From Candidatus Stammera capleta (GTDB taxonomy: Bacteria > Pseudomonadota > Gammaproteobacteria > Enterobacterales > Enterobacteriaceae): a DNA stretch of 64,000 nt. The translations under genes were made by a program, and so were the position numbers. Under the pieces are notes generated by a model. It was not told the origin of the DNA, did not search any database, and saw only the letters and a list, made by a program, of their open reading frames with translations. Shown here piece by piece: positions 63,001 through 64,000 of the stretch; positions within the stretch are counted from its first letter, which is position 1; each line of letters starts with the position of its first letter. The stretch spans positions 63,426 to 127,425 of the forward strand of contig CP043983.1 of NCBI GenBank assembly GCA_015134395.1, read 5' to 3'.

Positions 63001-64000
63001 TTACATCATACCCCCCATTCCTCCCATACCACCACCACCATTAATGTTAGGATTTGGATTATTTATTTCAGATTTTTCATTTTTAGGTAAATCAGTAATC
63101 ATACATTCTGTAGTAACCATTAAACCAGCAACTGAAGCTGCATATTGTAAAGCAGAACGAGTAACTTTAGTAGGATCTAAAATACCCATATTTATCATAT
63201 CACCATATTTTTCTGTAGCAGCATTATATCCATAATTACCATTACCAGCTTTTACATTATTAGCAACTACAGAAGGTTCATCACCAGTATTAGAAACTAT
63301 TTGACGTAAAGGTGATTCCATAGCTTTTAAAGCTACTCTTATACCAACATTTTGATCTTCATTTTGAGCAGTTAAATTATTTAATCTTGCTGCTACTCTA
63401 ACTAAAGCTACACCACCTCCAGCAACCACACCTTCTTCTACAGCTGCTCTAGTAGCATGTAAAGCATCTTCTACTCTTGCTTTTTTTTCTTTCATTTCAA
63501 CTTCTGTTGCTGCTCCAACTTTTAATACAGCAACACCACCAGCTAATTTTGCTACTCTTTCTTGTAATTTTTCTTTATCATAATCAGAAGTAGCTTCATC
63601 TATTTGTTGACGTATTTGACTAATACGATTAGATATTTCTTTTTGACAACCAGATCCATCTATAATAGTAGTAGTATCTTTATTAATAATTACTTTTTTA
63701 GCATTACCTAAATCATTCATATTAACTTTTTCTAATTCCATTCCAATTTCTTCAGAAACAACATTGCCATTAGTTAAAATAGCAATATCTTGTAACATAG
63801 ATTTACGTCTATCACCAAAACCTGGAGATTTAACAGCAGCTACTTTAACAATACCTCTCATATTATTTACTACTAAAGTAGCTAAAGCTTCACCTTCAAC
63901 ATCTTCTGCGATTACTAATAAAGGTTTGTTTGATTTAGCTACAGATTCTAATATAGGTAACATTTCACGAATATTAGATATTTTTTTTTCTACTAATAAA
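63001..64000 (-). CDS. groEL: chaperonin GroEL, C-terminal ~333 aa (5' end outside window)
   Basis: ..[57 protein letters not shown].. and the GGM-repeat tail [12 protein letters not shown]. Confidence 0.97.
   Translation of the reverse strand, partial: LLVEKKISNIREMLPILESVAKSNKPLLVIAEDVEGEALATLVVNNMRGIVKVAAVKSPGFGDRRKSMLQDIAILTNGNVVSEEIGMELEKVNMNDLGNAKKVIINKDTTTIIDGSGCQKEISNRISQIRQQIDEATSDYDKEKLQERVAKLAGGVAVLKVGAATEVEMKEKKARVEDALHATRAAVEEGVVAGGGVALVRVAARLNNLTAQNEDQNVGIRVALKAMESPLRQIVSNTGDEPSVVANNVKAGNGNYGYNAATEKYGDMINMGILDPTKVTRSALQYAASVAGLMVTTECMITDLPKNEKSEINNPNPNINGGGGMGGMGGMM

Noticed and set aside
63044-63235. 63-aa plus-strand ORF.
   Set aside because: It is antisense to groEL.

Overview
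This 64 kb window comes from an extremely AT-rich, heavily reduced bacterial genome of the insect-endosymbiont type.

**Lineage.** Gene order is colinear with several Escherichia coli blocks:
- the str-S10-spc-alpha ribosomal superoperon
- orn-glyV...amiB-miaA-hflX...rlmB
- mreB...tldD-rplM-rpsI
- rplU-rpmA...greA-rlmE-ftsH...secG-leuU-nusA-infB-rbfA
- rpsO-pnp...deaD
- cysT-leuZ
- an rrnC-type rRNA operon

The lineage therefore looks Enterobacterales-derived. I cannot name the organism without a database search.

**Genetic code.** The six-frame track looks fragmented only because TGA is read as Trp here. With that code I can support 73 CDS, one 16S-tRNAGlu-23S-5S-tRNAAsp operon, 8 tRNA genes and tmRNA. 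Most genes abut or overlap.

**What I did not find.** There is no mobile element, CRISPR array, prophage, defence, toxin or secondary-metabolite locus. I did not find a discrete novel multi-gene system.

**Observations worth a second look:**
1. UGA is recoded to Trp. Stops are almost all TAA, with one TAG.
2. infB is split by one extra A in an A9 tract inside a 4 x 27-nt coding repeat, making it a candidate for rescue by transcriptional slippage.
3. orn has no stop codon before the same-strand tRNA-Gly gene. Its TAA lies 29 nt inside the tRNA.
4. The leuU-position tRNA-Leu has an AAG anticodon (A34) and an A1/C72 mismatch.
5. None of the tRNA or tmRNA genes encodes CCA.
6. A 19-copy 8-bp tandem array sits upstream of rpsL.
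7. Recoding has extended the C-termini of L16 and L29 across ancestral stop/start junctions.
8. A minimal Rod system (mrdA-rodA-dacA, mreB, alr, amiB) is kept, while mreCD, hfq, mutL, priB, rpmD, folP/glmM, rimP and the rrnC-distal trpT are missing from their ancestral positions.

**Limits.** All coordinates were derived by hand translation. The rRNA ends are approximate.
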